This document shows, piece by piece, positions 28,996 through 42,234 of a stretch of 64,000 nucleotides of DNA. The stretch comes from Harriotta raleighana. Its lineage: Eukaryota. The first letter of the stretch is position 1. Each line of letters starts with the position of its first letter. A model generated the notes under the pieces. The model worked only from the letters and a program-made list of their open reading frames with translations, searched no databases and was not told the DNA's origin. The translations under genes were made by a program, and so were the position numbers. The stretch is from positions 9,791,849 to 9,855,848 of the forward strand of contig JBNZDD010013730.1 of assembly GCA_050575255.1 (NCBI GenBank), given 5' to 3'.

Positions 28996-29654
28996 GATTG
29001 TATCAGCAGCCCTTGCTTTGCGTAACTTTGGGTTGAATGGGTTTTGGAAGGTTCATCACAGTTTTTAAGAGTCCCTTAGCAATAAAGCTCCCTGAAAATT
29101 GGCATAGACATTTAGAGAATTGTAGATGTATAATTTCTCATTCTCTTTCCTGTGCTCTTCACATCAAAGAAAAATGTTTATTAAAAATATTTCAAAATGC
29201 GCTGTAAATTTCGAATAAATTCACACCATTGCCTTTACTTTTCTCATTGTGGCAACAGCAGTTCAATATTGGTGCATGCCACCTGCAGTGTTGTGCATCT
29301 GATAACAAACTAATTGCCATAATTTAAACAGAAGTGTTGTGTTAAATAGAGTATTAGCACTTTAATCTGCTGAATAACTCTTAAAACATAGTGATATTGT
29401 GCAACTTTGTCTTGTAACAATCAGTTACATTCTGCAGGTTGCCATTTTCTGATAATGTGTATGTTTAGCATTTTCATCCAGTTTAATTTAATCTCTAGTA
29501 AAAGGTTAGAAAGAACAGGAGAGATTATCGAAGAGAAAGGAATGGATCTTTAAAAAATCAATTCAACCTTCCAGACTCGATAGCAATTTGGAGTAAAATG
29601 ATTAACTAGATTATTTTTCCTTTTTTAATAATCCTAATATATAAATTCTGAGGC

Positions 29655-30091
29655 CAAATTGTGCACACCTACTATTTTCACTCACCTCTGAGACAGAAAA
29701 TTGTGGCTTCCAGTCTCACATTGAACTCTGAACTTATAAGAGTCCAACATAACACTCCAACATAGTGCCTGGGTTTGTTATGTTGGAGTTCCATCCTTGG
29801 ATAAAACATTAAATTGAGACCCTTATTCAAGCGGATATTAGAGATCCTAAAGCACTAATTGAAAAGAGAAGGGGGGTTTTATCCTGTATCCTGGTCAACA
29901 ATTCCCCCAGATAAAAATTGGTCATTCACCTTTTAGCTGTATGTGTGACATTACTGCACAATTTGGGTACCACATCTACATTCAGATAGACAGTCACTAC
30001 ACTTGCAGTATATCCCTTAAAGTGCTTTGAGATGTCCTATTGATGTGAAGGACACTATATGTAAGCATAATGTAAGGATTGTGAATGTAAG
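29655..30091 (+). mobile_element. Deu-domain-type SINE; source of the 28493-28834 duplicate
   Basis: ctcacctctgagacagaa head, gatattagagatcct and tcctggtcaacaattcccc core, aagtgctttgagatgtcc tail. Confidence 0.65.
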
Positions 30092-31466
30092 TACTGTGTT
30101 ATTATTGCAAAGATCTAACTTAATATTTTTAATATGTTTTAACAGTGAGTACTGGTCACATCTTGCAGGGAAATTATTGAGGGACAACTGAGCAGAACAA
30201 TGACTTCCTCACATTAATACCGTAGAAACTGTCATTAGCCCCATAGAGATTGCTATTAACCCAAGGTGCTTCAAATTTTCATTTTAACTACCAGTTGACA
30301 GAAGGCATATGCGAGCGTGGGCGATACTGTTTTTTTCTGTAGTGACACCATTTTCCTTCATGTCTTCCTTTGCTAAACTGCAGGGTAAACTGGCTGGCGC
30401 CAGGCAGAGTGAGACCTGGGTGTCAGTCCCCGCCAATCTCCTGCTGTTGATACAATGTATGGAGAAGTTATTACTTGCACCTAAGATGAATGTGTCAGTT
30501 GTTCAAAAAGTTTGTAACCTCTTCTGGTTTTAAACCAATTTCATCTCTTCTCCATTCTGGGGAAGTAGTGGCATCTATTTTTAATGCATAATCTGAAATA
30601 ATTTCCTCCCTGAAATTCCAAGTGCACTTGAAATATATTTAAATTGCATCAAGACTTGGCAGAGTGGAACTGTTTTATGCTGCCAAATGAAATGGGTAAA
30701 GCATAGCTTTGAAGCACTGAGAGGCATAGACTGTCAGTATGGGTGCTGATGCACTGGAAAGAACAGAGTTTACCCCCTGGGGTTATTTGCAGTCATTATC
30801 CAACATGAGTATGGAATAATGATGTATTCCATATCAGCCTGCCTCTTCAGCATGATTCTAAAAATCAGATTTACGCTGAGTATTGTGCCAGTAATAATCC
30901 AATTACTTGGTTCAAAATTTAAATTTTTCCTCATTTCCATGAATTATGACTATCCAATTAGGGCTTTAGAATGGGATACCCAAATATTCAGTAGCAAATG
31001 AGGGATTCCTGTTTTAGATTTTAATGTGTTTGATTGATTTAATCATACAGTCAACTACAGAAAGCTAAAAATATACAAGTGCTTAAACATTTGTTAATGT
31101 GGCGGCTCCTGAGGCTATAATATTGCTGTTGATCTATTAAGTTGAATTAATTATATCTTTATAAATGCTTTTTGCAAACTTATTGCAACCTCTAACTTGA
31201 ATTGTTCTGTTGAGAGAGGTCCCAGTTCCTTATAAAATTGATATTCAGAATCTTCCCAATTTAGGTTTGTCCTCAGGGACATAGTAATGAACTATAACTG
31301 TCCCTCCCTCTTTGCTTTTGATGTTTTATTGAATTCATTGCACTGGTCCAGGATGCATCAATTTATCCTGGAGAATGAACACCTTTATTCTTTCAGTTTT
31401 CACGGTTCCCAGGTTAAATATTGCTGCAATACATTATAATTTGCATTTATATAAACCTTAATATGT

Positions 31467-31773
31467 AGTCCGGTAGCTCAGTGGTTAGAGCACTCACTTT
31501 ACAAGCATGAGACCTGTGTTTGAATCCAGGCAGGGCGAAACGGTGAGCAAGTTTCCTTATTCCACACGTCTAATAATAATCCGTCCAAAAAAACCTATAA
31601 TAAATTGGTCATTTCAATCCACAACTGTTTGTGGAACACTGCTGTGAGCAATTGGCTGCTGTGTTTCACCCACATATATAATAGTCATTTCACTTTACAG
31701 TATATTCTGTGAAGTATCTTGAGATATCTAGAAGACTGAAAAGCGCTATAGCAAATGCAAGGATTATTATTAT
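31467..31773 (+). mobile_element. Full-length tRNA-derived SINE with L2-like 3' end and (TAT)n tail
   Basis: A box tagctcagtgg (31474), B box gtttgaatcc (31518), body ctgctgtgagcaattggctgc, tail gcgctatagcaaatgcaaggattattattat; multiple copies in the window. Confidence 0.88.
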
Positions 31774-32119
31774 ATGAAATACAAGACCAAAGACCAACAA
31801 ATGTAAGTTGTTGTTAAAAGCATCAGGCAATTTGTGCACAACAATCTTCTGAAAATAACCATGACATGAATGACCAATTCTATTTGTGATGATTGTTGGC
31901 TTGGACACTGGAAGAAACTCCCCACTCTTTTTGAATAATGGCATATGTGAATCAGCAAATGTGATCTTGCTTTAACATCTTACCTGAAAGGCAGCACATC
32001 CAACAAACAGCACTGTATTACAGTGTCACATTGGATTGCGAGTTCAAAATCCTGACATGGGATGTACACCTACAATGTTAGTGTAGACTGCTACAAGTTT
32101 CCTTACTTCACATACCTAG

Positions 32120-32313
32120 TAACAATCCTTCCCAAAAAAACACAACAGTAAAATTGGTCATTTAAATCCATGACTGTATGTGGGACACTGCTGTGTGCAA
32201 TTGGCTGCCACGTTTTGCCTACACAATTCATTTGACAGAATATTCTGTGAAGCACTTTGAGATATCTAGAAGACGTGAAAAGCATTAGATCAAAATGCAA
32301 GGATTATTATTAT
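32120..32313 (+). mobile_element. Same SINE family, 3' two thirds
   Basis: Matches about 31570-31773. Confidence 0.8.
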
Positions 32314-33169
32314 TTTCAGAAGAACTTTCATTTTTCCTCCAAAATGCACTATATACACTACTTGCAAAATAATCATTGATCAAATCATCAAAGGCTTTAT
32401 GAAGAGAAACAATGCATTTTTTAATCCCTCACAGCCATGCTGTTTGGAAACGCATCTTCTCATCGCGTTAGCACAATTTAAAATTTGAATTGTTCTTGGT
32501 GCAAATAGAGATTTATTCTTTTATAATGCTTAGCATTTTTTTTACAGCCATTTTGCAAACCAAATGAGTACAGAAAAATGCCAGCTTTGACAGAAATGGA
32601 CAAGGTTTATCCTGCCTCTAAAGGGACTATTTCCATGATTGATCAAGATGCACATTATAGTATTAAAGTTATTTTCATTTTTGATGTCTGACAGAAATAT
32701 AAAGCTTATATCAACTTTGGGGAAATAAAACAGTGGGGGACTGTGCATCAGTGCCCCGTCAGTAATGCTCTGTTCAGCACTGCTCACAGCAGCACATTTA
32801 CAACACCATATTGGATGTCACATTGTCTCTTAGAACATTGGACTGTGATCATCCAGAAAGAACTATGCCCTGCACATTTCAATAGATGATTCATACTTTT
32901 TTGCTCCCGATGCATCAATATTTGTGAAAGCCATGGGAGCTGAGCGAATTGCCATCGATTTTTGTTTCCCCTGGAAAGGTCTTCCAGTGGAGTCTGGGGT
33001 TTATAACACTGATACAGTACATGTCTTTATTTGTCTTTAACTGGGAGAAATTAGATTCTTGTTGTAGTGAAACAAAAATGAAAAAGTTGTTCTTATTTCT
33101 TTACGATTTGTAACATCGCCAGGTTCTCCAACTCCTGAGTCCTGCTTTTTAAAAAAAAATCAAAAACAA

Positions 33170-33552
33170 GAAACAAAGACTGTCTGTCTGACACTATAAA
33201 TTTATGACTGAATGTTGACACCTTTTGCAACATGTATGAAGCTTGCAGTGACTGTTTATTTTGTGGTGAATGCAGCAGCCAATTAATGCACAATAGTGTC
33301 TGTATAGCCATGAAATGGATGATTAAATGTTTTTCGGGGTATTGCCTGCCAAGACACTCCCTTTTCAAATAGTGCCACAGGATCTTTAACATCCATCTAA
33401 ATTGGTTTAATATATCATCCAAAGGATGGCATCTCACAATACAACAGTCCTCCAGTGCTGTTTTCAAGTGTCAACATTTACTGTTCAAAAAACAATGTAG
33501 GGCTTGAACCCACAACCATCTGACTTAGAGGCTTGAGTGCTTCCAACTGAGA
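33170..33552 (-). mobile_element. Deu-domain-type SINE (other copies about 31815-32080 -, 55832-56062 +, 63855-64000 +, 11090-11230 -)
   Basis: caaatagtgccacaggatctttaacatcca and ggcttgaacccacaaccatctgacttagagg are reverse complements of the core and head. Confidence 0.65.
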
Positions 33553-34939
33553 ATTGTGATCAGAAATGCATAGAATCACCGAATCTGCTGCTACAATGGC
33601 AAGGGAAACATTCCTACAAGATCAGAAAGTTATTTTGCAAAACACATGCTTTGACCATTGGTTTTGCTCATTTAAGATGTCAAGGTAGTTATTTTTGGTT
33701 TCCACTATTTAATTCTGGTAAATTCTGGTTACATTAAAAGAAAGTCAAATATATATTCTTCACATCAGCATGGCAGTTAATAAAAATGGAACTCCAACAT
33801 CCTGTAACTTGTTTCGCATCCTGCATCACATGTGTTGTCTGTCCTCTAGTGAACGATTTCTACAAGCATAAATGATTTTTTTGGCCAATAACCAGTTCAT
33901 TTTTAATGAAGTCGTCCAATCTCATACAATTCCACATTTCTCAGTGCAGAAGAAATAAATCTGGCACTGGAATTAAAAAGTACACGTTGGTCTCAAATTC
34001 AGTATCTAAAACCAAAGCCAAAATATCTGTTACCTCTGTCTCACAATTTATTTGGCTCCCTCAGGGTTGCTATGTTTTGCAGAGCAGAGCCAGCACCCAC
34101 AAAAGCAACATTTCTTCCAATAAGAGTTCTGGGACATCCTCAATTTTTACACTGCACAAATGCACTACCAAACATGCTAGAAACTGAGCACAAGACCACA
34201 GTGTGATATGAACAATGCTACGATTGCTGAAGTGAATTTTAGCTGGAATTGTAAATTGGTCTATCCACCCAACCGAGGCATAATGTGGGTGAAATCTTTG
34301 TGCTCCCCACAAGGGACCATGTCATCTGCAGACAAAGTGCGCAACACTTTCTTTCGAATGAAATCCATTCACAGATCAGAATTAAAGTTAAATGCAGTAA
34401 TCAATACTGGAGTTTAAGAATACAAATCTAGATTTATTGACAGGTTCCTTGTTCTTTTACATAAGATTAATATCCTCAGTTAAATGATACAAAATTGGAC
34501 GTAATTGTTGCAGCAAACTTAAAGAGAGACATACTTCACTGGTCTATACAATTATAGTATTTACCTCCATGTCTTTTTAGGCAGTTTCAGTTTTTTTTTC
34601 TCAATCTCAATGTTCCATGTCCAGTTGAGATGGATAAACATCCCTGTGGGAAAGCATATGGATATAGATATTAGGTCAGAACAGGTCAGAACACTCAGCT
34701 TTGTGACATTCTGTTTTCTGTTTTAAAAGCCTGAAGAATGACTTCTTAGGATGATTAATCAAATTGCTGTTGGTGGTTGTACTGTATAACCATATCCAGG
34801 CATGAGATAGTACCTTTAGGAGAGAGGGGATTAAAAAAATGATTCAATACTAAACTTGTATAAGATTTAAACCTAACCTTTTCATTTCAGCGAAGCTCAA
34901 ATGATTTTTCACAAACACTAGAATTGTTCTTTCATGGTA

Positions 34940-35175
34940 GAAGTTACAGAACATCTGCAATTAAATGGATTTGAAAATGTAAGACCAGAATAATACTTTA
35001 GAATGCACCAAGATAGTCGATCAAGGTTTAGAGTTGCAAAGGGCAATTTCAGGATATATACCAGGAAGTCATTCTTTACCCAGAGGGTAATTAACAACTT
35101 TAACAGGTTGCATGGAGGCATGCTTGAGGCCAGGGCACTGCAAAAAAGCAACTGGATGCTGTGTTGAGTGTAGTA
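34940..35175 (+). mobile_element. CR1-type LINE 3' fragment (others about 16745-16940 -, 7820-8010 -, 58063-58195 -)
   Basis: Encodes FRVAKGNFRIYTRKSFFTQRVINNFNRL, like the CR1 ORF2 C-terminal FFTQRVV-WN-LP motif. Confidence 0.7.
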
Positions 35176-38047
35176 AGACTTTCATTAACATTAGCTGATG
35201 TCTTGAATTGTAGAGCAACGATCTGATGTGACTTAGAGAAACAAATAAAGTATTGTCAAATCACATGACAATTGTAATTTTAAAAAACTGCAGAGCAATA
35301 ATCCTTTCCCTGCAAACACTGTAACTTTCCCTTTTTGGAATATGTGTCATCCAGAATAACTAGTATTTATTTGTTTATTATAATCTTCTAATTTCAAGTT
35401 TTGTTTAAAAAATTGAAATATTTCATATTTTTCTGAAATCTTCTTTGACAACTAAAATCATGTAAAAAGGCATTGACTTAGTGTCAGTTGACAGTTAACC
35501 AAACTATTTTTTAACATTTTTTAACATTATGACAAAAGTATATGTTGAACTTGTGCAGCATGTTGGAGGGTCATATGATGCAATAATGTGCAGCCTTTGT
35601 TTTCTTTCACTACAGAAATACAAACACAGCATTTAATAATTGATGCCACGTTTATACTATTCACCATTGCTTCCAGCAGTAGAGTGATCCAGAGAAGAAG
35701 ACAGGATTTCTGTTCCCTGATCCCAAATTACTTTTTAGCAGCAGTTAACTTTCACTATCATGTGACCAGCTCTTGAAAAACATGAAAAGTGTCAAGAATA
35801 TCTCAGTGGTCCACAGAATGACTTTTAAACAATTTCTTTTTAAATTTTAAAAGTTGTTAATATTGTAGTCCATTCATCAATTCCTATTTGGGGACCATAT
35901 TGCTTGGAAGGAAATTGGTATTTCAAACTTGTTTTGTGCTTCATAAACAAAATAATATTGAATTGACACTAACTGTGCAGTTTAAATAAGCCATAAGGTT
36001 TTATTGCAAATGGACCCTGTTTTAAAAAGTGCATTCTGTGGATCTTTGATTGATTTGGGCTCAGGACTCAAAAAGTGACATCAGCTACCTGATGACCCAG
36101 GATTAGGCCAAATTTTAGCATGGGAAGCCGCCAGCTTCTTGCAAGCATCTGTCGTTTTCTGACAGGCAGGCACTCATCATTCCCTATTATAAAATGGATT
36201 GAAATTTTATGGGCTGCTTTCTATTTTCTTATAATGGTACTGTATTGTGTGTTTTGGGTTTTGGTGTGTGTTGTTCATTCATAAGAAAGCGTGTGCTACT
36301 CAACTATGCATAAACTCAGATCAATGTACTGCATCAAATAGTAAAAGCAAAACAAATTGGTTCCCGGCTCTTTGCACAGAATCATTAATTTGTAGGTATG
36401 GGCAACAACTAAAGATTCTGGCCCTTTTGTGCTTTTGTATTTCTGTGCCATTGCAGTCTATAATTGCTTGAAATAGCTGGTTTGGTATTTCTTAACTATA
36501 GAACATTTCCCATAACAGATGGCCAGCCTTAGGCTAAATAAGGGATTATAGAAGACATATTGGAAGAACAGTGAATTTTAGCTTCTTAATTCTCAACTCC
36601 TGTTAATTTATGTTGATTATAGGTGAATGAAAAGTTCATTTTAAATGTTTTAGCAGTCTGACTGAATATGTATTTAATCTATTAACGTTCTCATCAAATT
36701 AATGAGAATATTGTGCTTCTGTCTCAGGATAGAAGTGGGACATTGGGCATGCAACAACATGCACATGGTATTGTCTTAATCCTTGTGCAATCTAGTTATA
36801 ACTGAAATGCCTGGAATTCTTATATGATAGCCTAAAGATAAGCTTTACATATGCTACATTCGGTCATTAAAGGCACTAAGTTCAATCAAATATTCATTAA
36901 TGATGCTTTTTGTTTCCTGATTTATTTAATAATATATTGACCTTATTATTTTTGCAAGAACTATTACATTTAATATTTTGCCCAGTTGCCTCAATCAGAA
37001 CAAAAATAAGTGAATACCCAGACAAAGAAGTTTTAAAAGTGTCCTTGACATATGCAATATTCACCCTGGCTTAACAAACTAAAAAGATTCCCAATTTTTA
37101 GGTAGGTAATTCAGTAGTTGTAGAAAAGAACAACTCATTGATGCTTGTTAAATTATTCGTTTAATTGTACTCAAAGATTTAAAGGTTTTTTTGGGGGGTA
37201 TCTAGTATATGTGCTATGGTCATGGAGGAGTGAAACTGGTCCACATCCTGTTAATTCACTAGTGGAAGCACAAAACCAAGCTAGCAATTTCCTATCCCAC
37301 AAAGGAAGTTCTATCACATTGGGCAACTGAGCAATTGGTTACAGACACAATATTTGACATGAACACACGTTGTCTTTTCACTGTCTTTATAAGGCAATTG
37401 GATGTTTCTTCAGGATACTTAGAAAAGGGAGAAAGAGGAAAAATATAAACTTAACTTGATACTCAATATAGTAGAGAGGGATTGTGTACTTGCTGACTGT
37501 TAGCATTTGCTTCAAGTGATGTGCTTTCACATCTAAATAATACGTTGTACATGAGGGAGATTTGTGTACATCGGAACCCCATTATAAAGCAGATCATTGG
37601 CATTATGTACCCCCACAGAACCCTCAGCTATGCTTTTTATTATTGTTAATGGATCTGAAAATTGATCTGTGGTCACTAATTGTGAAAGCAAACTAAAATG
37701 ATGCTGTTTCTTTTAGTGATATCAACCAGAATGTCCCTAACAGAATTCCCTCTATATACCTTAAAATAACTGCAAACAGCAGGAAACTGAGTTTATTTGC
37801 ATTTATTTCTGCATATATTTGACAAGTTCTGCCAGTGCATATATTTTATCCAGGGATTTTGAAAGATTTATGACTGCAGTGTCAGCAATTAATACAATAT
37901 TTTGAGACTGGCAATCAGAGCTCCCTATAATTACCTTCATTATGACTTCTGCTTACCGGGGAAGGCACTACATTTTTTTTAAATGTGTGCTGTTGCCATG
38001 TTATGAAAGCCATATGCATTTTAACCCCTTCTTGCTTACCGCTGCAG

Positions 38048-38059
38048 GGTTTCTGGAAG
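38048..38059 (+). CDS. Candidate 12-nt DENND1B microexon GFWK
   Basis: ttttaaccccttcttgcttaccgctgcag GGTTTCTGGAAG gtactt; frame-preserving in a phase-0 intron. Confidence 0.4.
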
Positions 38060-39637
38060 GTACTTTTTCATTCGTTCTGCTATTACAAAAATAGTCATTA
38101 AAACAATTCTGTCTGAAACAAAATGGCTTATTAACACATGCAACCAGTCAGTTGTACTTACAACAAAATGTATAATGAAGTACATTAAAGCTTGTTTTAT
38201 CCAGTAGGATCAAAGAGCACTCATTACTGATAATAGCCTTTGTATTCAAACAAGTAGTTCAAACATTAACTGTGGGTAATCATTAATACACTTTTTTTTG
38301 CTCTTTTAGTGCATTTTGACAACAAAGACTTTTTTATATAGTGCAAATATGGTATTGGATGCTGTTAGAAGATTACAGAGATGTTTCTGTGGAACTTCTG
38401 AGAATAATTATAAGAAACCTGTCATAAGGCTCTAAAATTAATGTTTGAACTGCTAGAACTTACTCATTTTATGTAGAGATAAGTACAGAGAATGGTGATT
38501 TATGAAAATGACTGTCAAACTAAATAACGTTATGAATAATCTTCTAGCAGGGAGAGTGAATTAATTTGCACTTATTTTAGTTTGCGTTTATTTTAAACTC
38601 CAGCTTACTTTCATTGTCTCCTGTTCCATCTATTCCACTGAAGATGATGATTCACACTGTAGTGTGGATCAGTGGGTTTTAAAGATTCCCATCTGGCAGT
38701 TTTTAATGTCTGAGATTTGAGTGAGTGTCAGCAAGCAATTTGACCGTGGCAAGGGAAGGAAAGCATCACAACAAAGATCCTTTTCTCATTCAACTTTCAC
38801 ACATTTCCTTGATTAAAAAATCACGATTGTGAACCTTTTTTACTCCTCTCCATTCAGAGAACATGAATGCCATTGCCATTCTGCTTGAGATCAATAAACT
38901 CAGTCCCTGGAACTTCTGCATGGTTCAGCTCCCTGCCAGGCAATCCGTCTGCCTACTGAGCTATTGGGGAAGGGGATGGGGAAAGAGATTGTGTAGCTCA
39001 TTCTGTGGTTTATCACCATTTGGTTTGCTTCAGACCCAAACAGCTTGGTGTTTGTATCGCATGACTTAAATAGGTGGATGCCTACAATTTCCTTCACACT
39101 TGGTTTCTATTCTCGAGTGTGCTTTGCAAGTTGTGCTTAGGCCCTTCTCCTATACCTTCCCCTCCCCTGGTATACATAGTGGCCAAATGTAGAGCAGCAT
39201 TGGTTAGTTAGTTTGTTCTTTAGAGAGCTGAAGAGTTTTTCTGCCAGAACCAGAGAAGGAAATGTTTGCTTAATTGTACACTCTATATTCTGTTTATAAC
39301 ACACTTTCACCTTAGATTAATTCCCAGAAGAAAAAGCCTTAAAAGTAAAGGAAGGTAAAACTCAGGCCACAATGAAGACCTATCCTTTATACTCAATAAT
39401 GCTGATTAATAACAGGAAATTGCAAGAGGGCATGAACAATTGCCAGTAAATAGTCATTAGAATTTCTGAAGATCATTTAGCCTGCAATTGTATAAGATGT
39501 CTAACACTGTTTTTGTATGCTTCATTTGTTTAAGATGGGATACATTTGATTAATCCATTTACTTGGGTTAATTGGGCTAAAAATTGAAGTTACCAATAGG
39601 TTGGCTTGAAACTAAATACTCACTTACACACTCCAAT

Positions 39638-39646
39638 GAGATGTTT

Positions 39647-39696
<50 letters not shown>

Positions 39697-39950
39697 ACCC
39701 GTAGGGGACGACTGCACGACTGAAGTGAAGCTCAGCCAAGAAGATATCCGTCTCTCTTGTGGACTCAGCGCAAGTCGCTAGTACGGTCTTTCATACAAAC
39801 TGGTCCGCGGTGTCGCCTCTGGCACTTTTCAGCATTAAAAAAGTATTTTCAGCATTTAAATTATTAATTTTTTTACTGATGACCCTTCGCAACCCTACTG
39901 AGGACCCCTGAACCCTGATTTGGGTCGGGACCCGAGGTTGGGAACCACTG
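39638..39950. mobile_element. Non-autonomous hAT/Charlie-like DNA transposon (MITE)
   Basis: Right end aggttgggaaccactg, left end gagatgtttccaacct (12/16 inverted match); internal gaccc repeats; GC-rich; no clear 8-bp TSD. Confidence 0.6.
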
Positions 39951-40056
39951 CCTTATATAAAGGCTTTATATTTCCTTGCCTACATATTTACAACTCATAG
40001 ATATTGGTACAGGAAAGAAAGGGCTTCATCCCAGGGCTGCTTCTTGACAGATTATT

Positions 40057-40306
40057 AATAATAATAATAATCCTTACATTTGAAAAACGCTTTTCACATC
40101 TTTAAGACGTCTCAAAGCTTATTACGGAATTTACTGTAAAGTAAATTAACTGTATATTTGTGGACGAAACGCATCAGTTTTTTCTGAGGAATTATTATTA
40201 GGCGTGTGGTGTAAGGAACCTTACCCAAGGTTTCGCCCTGCATGAAATCAAACCCAGATATCTCCTTTGCAAAGCGAATGCTCTAACCACTGAGCTACAG
40301 GACTCC
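40057..40306 (-). mobile_element. Same SINE family, internally deleted copy
   Basis: Head ctctaaccactgagctacaggactcc and (AAT)n tail present; central segment missing. Confidence 0.85.
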
Positions 40307-40475
40307 ACGGCCCAACTCACATGTACTTAAATTTTCATCAAATAATTGTTTTTTTTAAACTGATAGGGATGAAATGATCATGGTCAAACATTCTAAAACT
40401 TAGCACAAAGTCTTTCACGGGCATGATTAGGATATAAAATAGTTTTGTACAATTCAAAATTGAATTTTTTTTTAG

Positions 40476-40540
40476 GTTCGCCCTCAACATTCTCTTGCTG
40501 GTGATCATGTTGAAGATGATGAGACTGACAGAGCAAGCAA
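40476..40540 (+). CDS. DENND1B: DENND1B exon: VRPQHSLAGDHVEDDETDRAS(K)
   Basis: poly-T/ttag acceptor, gtaagg donor, 65 nt, phase 0 to 2; resembles human RPLKSLDG...DIERASK (recalled). Confidence 0.88.
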
Positions 40541-41736
40541 GTAAGGAATTGTTTGAATTGTTTTATTGTGATCCCTACTTCATATGCTTGGTACCTCTTG
40601 GAAACAAAGGACTGTTATATGTTTATCTTTTAGCCTCAATTTAGCCTTCCATACATCCCAAACTCAGCACAAATCAAGATTTGAACCATTAATCTGGGTC
40701 CACAAGCTGAAGCTCCATCCATAGCCCCATTGGAGTTGTACATTTAAACTTGTATACCACTACAGCTGGTGCGAACAAGCAGTGTCAGACTGCCTCCATG
40801 AGGTTGTCTCGCACAGCTTCTCTGAACAGATATTGGGCTCATTAAATCTGCAACTTGTGCCATCTGCAATCACGCCAGTGCAAACTATACTTTGAGCAAC
40901 CTGGGAGCTTTTTTACTGAAGACTTTAGCAAACATTCATATCAGAGAATTAAGGTATCACAATATTTCATCATATTGTATGGAGTAATGCCAAATTGCCC
41001 TTACACAGTACTTAATTGTACTAAATCATTTCACATTAGAACTTAATGTTTGTTGCAAACAGTTTTGTGTATTAATGTTCAGTCTGAATTAGTTGTTTAA
41101 AAAAATTGAGATTTTGCAATGATTGTTTGTACCTTGGCATTTAATGTGCAAGTCTGTGTTTAGTTTCCTTCTAATTTCCATAAGAGAATGGGTGTTTTTA
41201 GTGTGCCAGTAGAAAAAGAATATGCATCAATGCTGACCTCTACTGGTTTGAAAATATCAAACTGCATTTATATTAGTCCTGAATGTTTTCCTGAATATTG
41301 ATTCTGAGTAATATTGATTCTAGAACTACTCAATAGTTCAAATTGACTATTTGGAAATGAATACTACAGGTTTCAGGTCATTCGGCCACTTTGAGATTCG
41401 TAAACCTTTCTACTCTAATGGCAGCATTCAGAATTTATAGATAACCATTTTGTATACATCCCACTAATTAGCAACAATACACAGTTTCACTCAGGAATGC
41501 AGCAGAGGGAAATGGAAACAACCACACAATGGTGCATTGGAGCATCACTTTCCTGAGGTTAGAGAAATCGCACATTGTTGAAGTCAAGTGAACCTCACCA
41601 TGCTATATCTGAAGAGTGTTTGATGGTGATGCTGGCTGCTAAAACTAAAAGTATTCTTGTTCACTGGGATGACATTTCTGATGTGTGCCTCTTCCATTCC
41701 TTAATAGAATATCATTTTATTCTTCACATCTCTTAG

Positions 41737-41953
41737 GGTATCTTCAGAAGACAGCGGAGAAGTATCTGCATATATTGATGATAGTGATGATTCTGAACAG
41801 ATGGATCTCGAGTCACAGTATCCAGGCCAAATGGATCTACTTGGAGAAATTTTAGATACACTCAGTACAACTAGCTCAGAACAAGGCAAACTATATGCTG
41901 CAAAGAGCCTAGATTTCTTCAAATCGATGGATGATATCAATTATAAAGCTGGC
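41737..41953 (+). CDS. DENND1B: DENND1B exon: VSSEDSGEVSAYIDDSDD...MDLLGEILDTLSTTSSEQGKLYAAKSLDFFKSMDDINYKAG (clathrin-box-type DLLGE)
   Basis: tcttag acceptor, gtaagt donor, 217 nt, phase 2 to 0; overlaps ORF 41801..42067. Confidence 0.96.
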
Positions 41954-42234
41954 GTAAGTGCTCTGCATTGCTGTTCTCATCTGTTGAATGCATACACAGT
42001 TAAACCTTCAAGAGCAATAGAATTGATGTTCAGTTTTTATTTTAAATGTTCGAAGATGACACAATAATCGTTTGCATTTTAGAGATTTAAATGTTCACTT
42101 AATTATAGGAATTAATGGGTCTTCACTATATTTTGACATTGTAATTCTGGTCTTGACCATACATCCATATACTGTTCATAGAAAGCTTGGGATTTGTTAT
42201 CATTAATAACTGTTTCTTGTATATTTTGTTTTAG

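Noticed and set aside
31467-31540. tRNA-like sequence with A and B boxes
   Set aside because: It is a SINE head, continuous with SINE body and tail and repeated at 16731, 40306 and 58948
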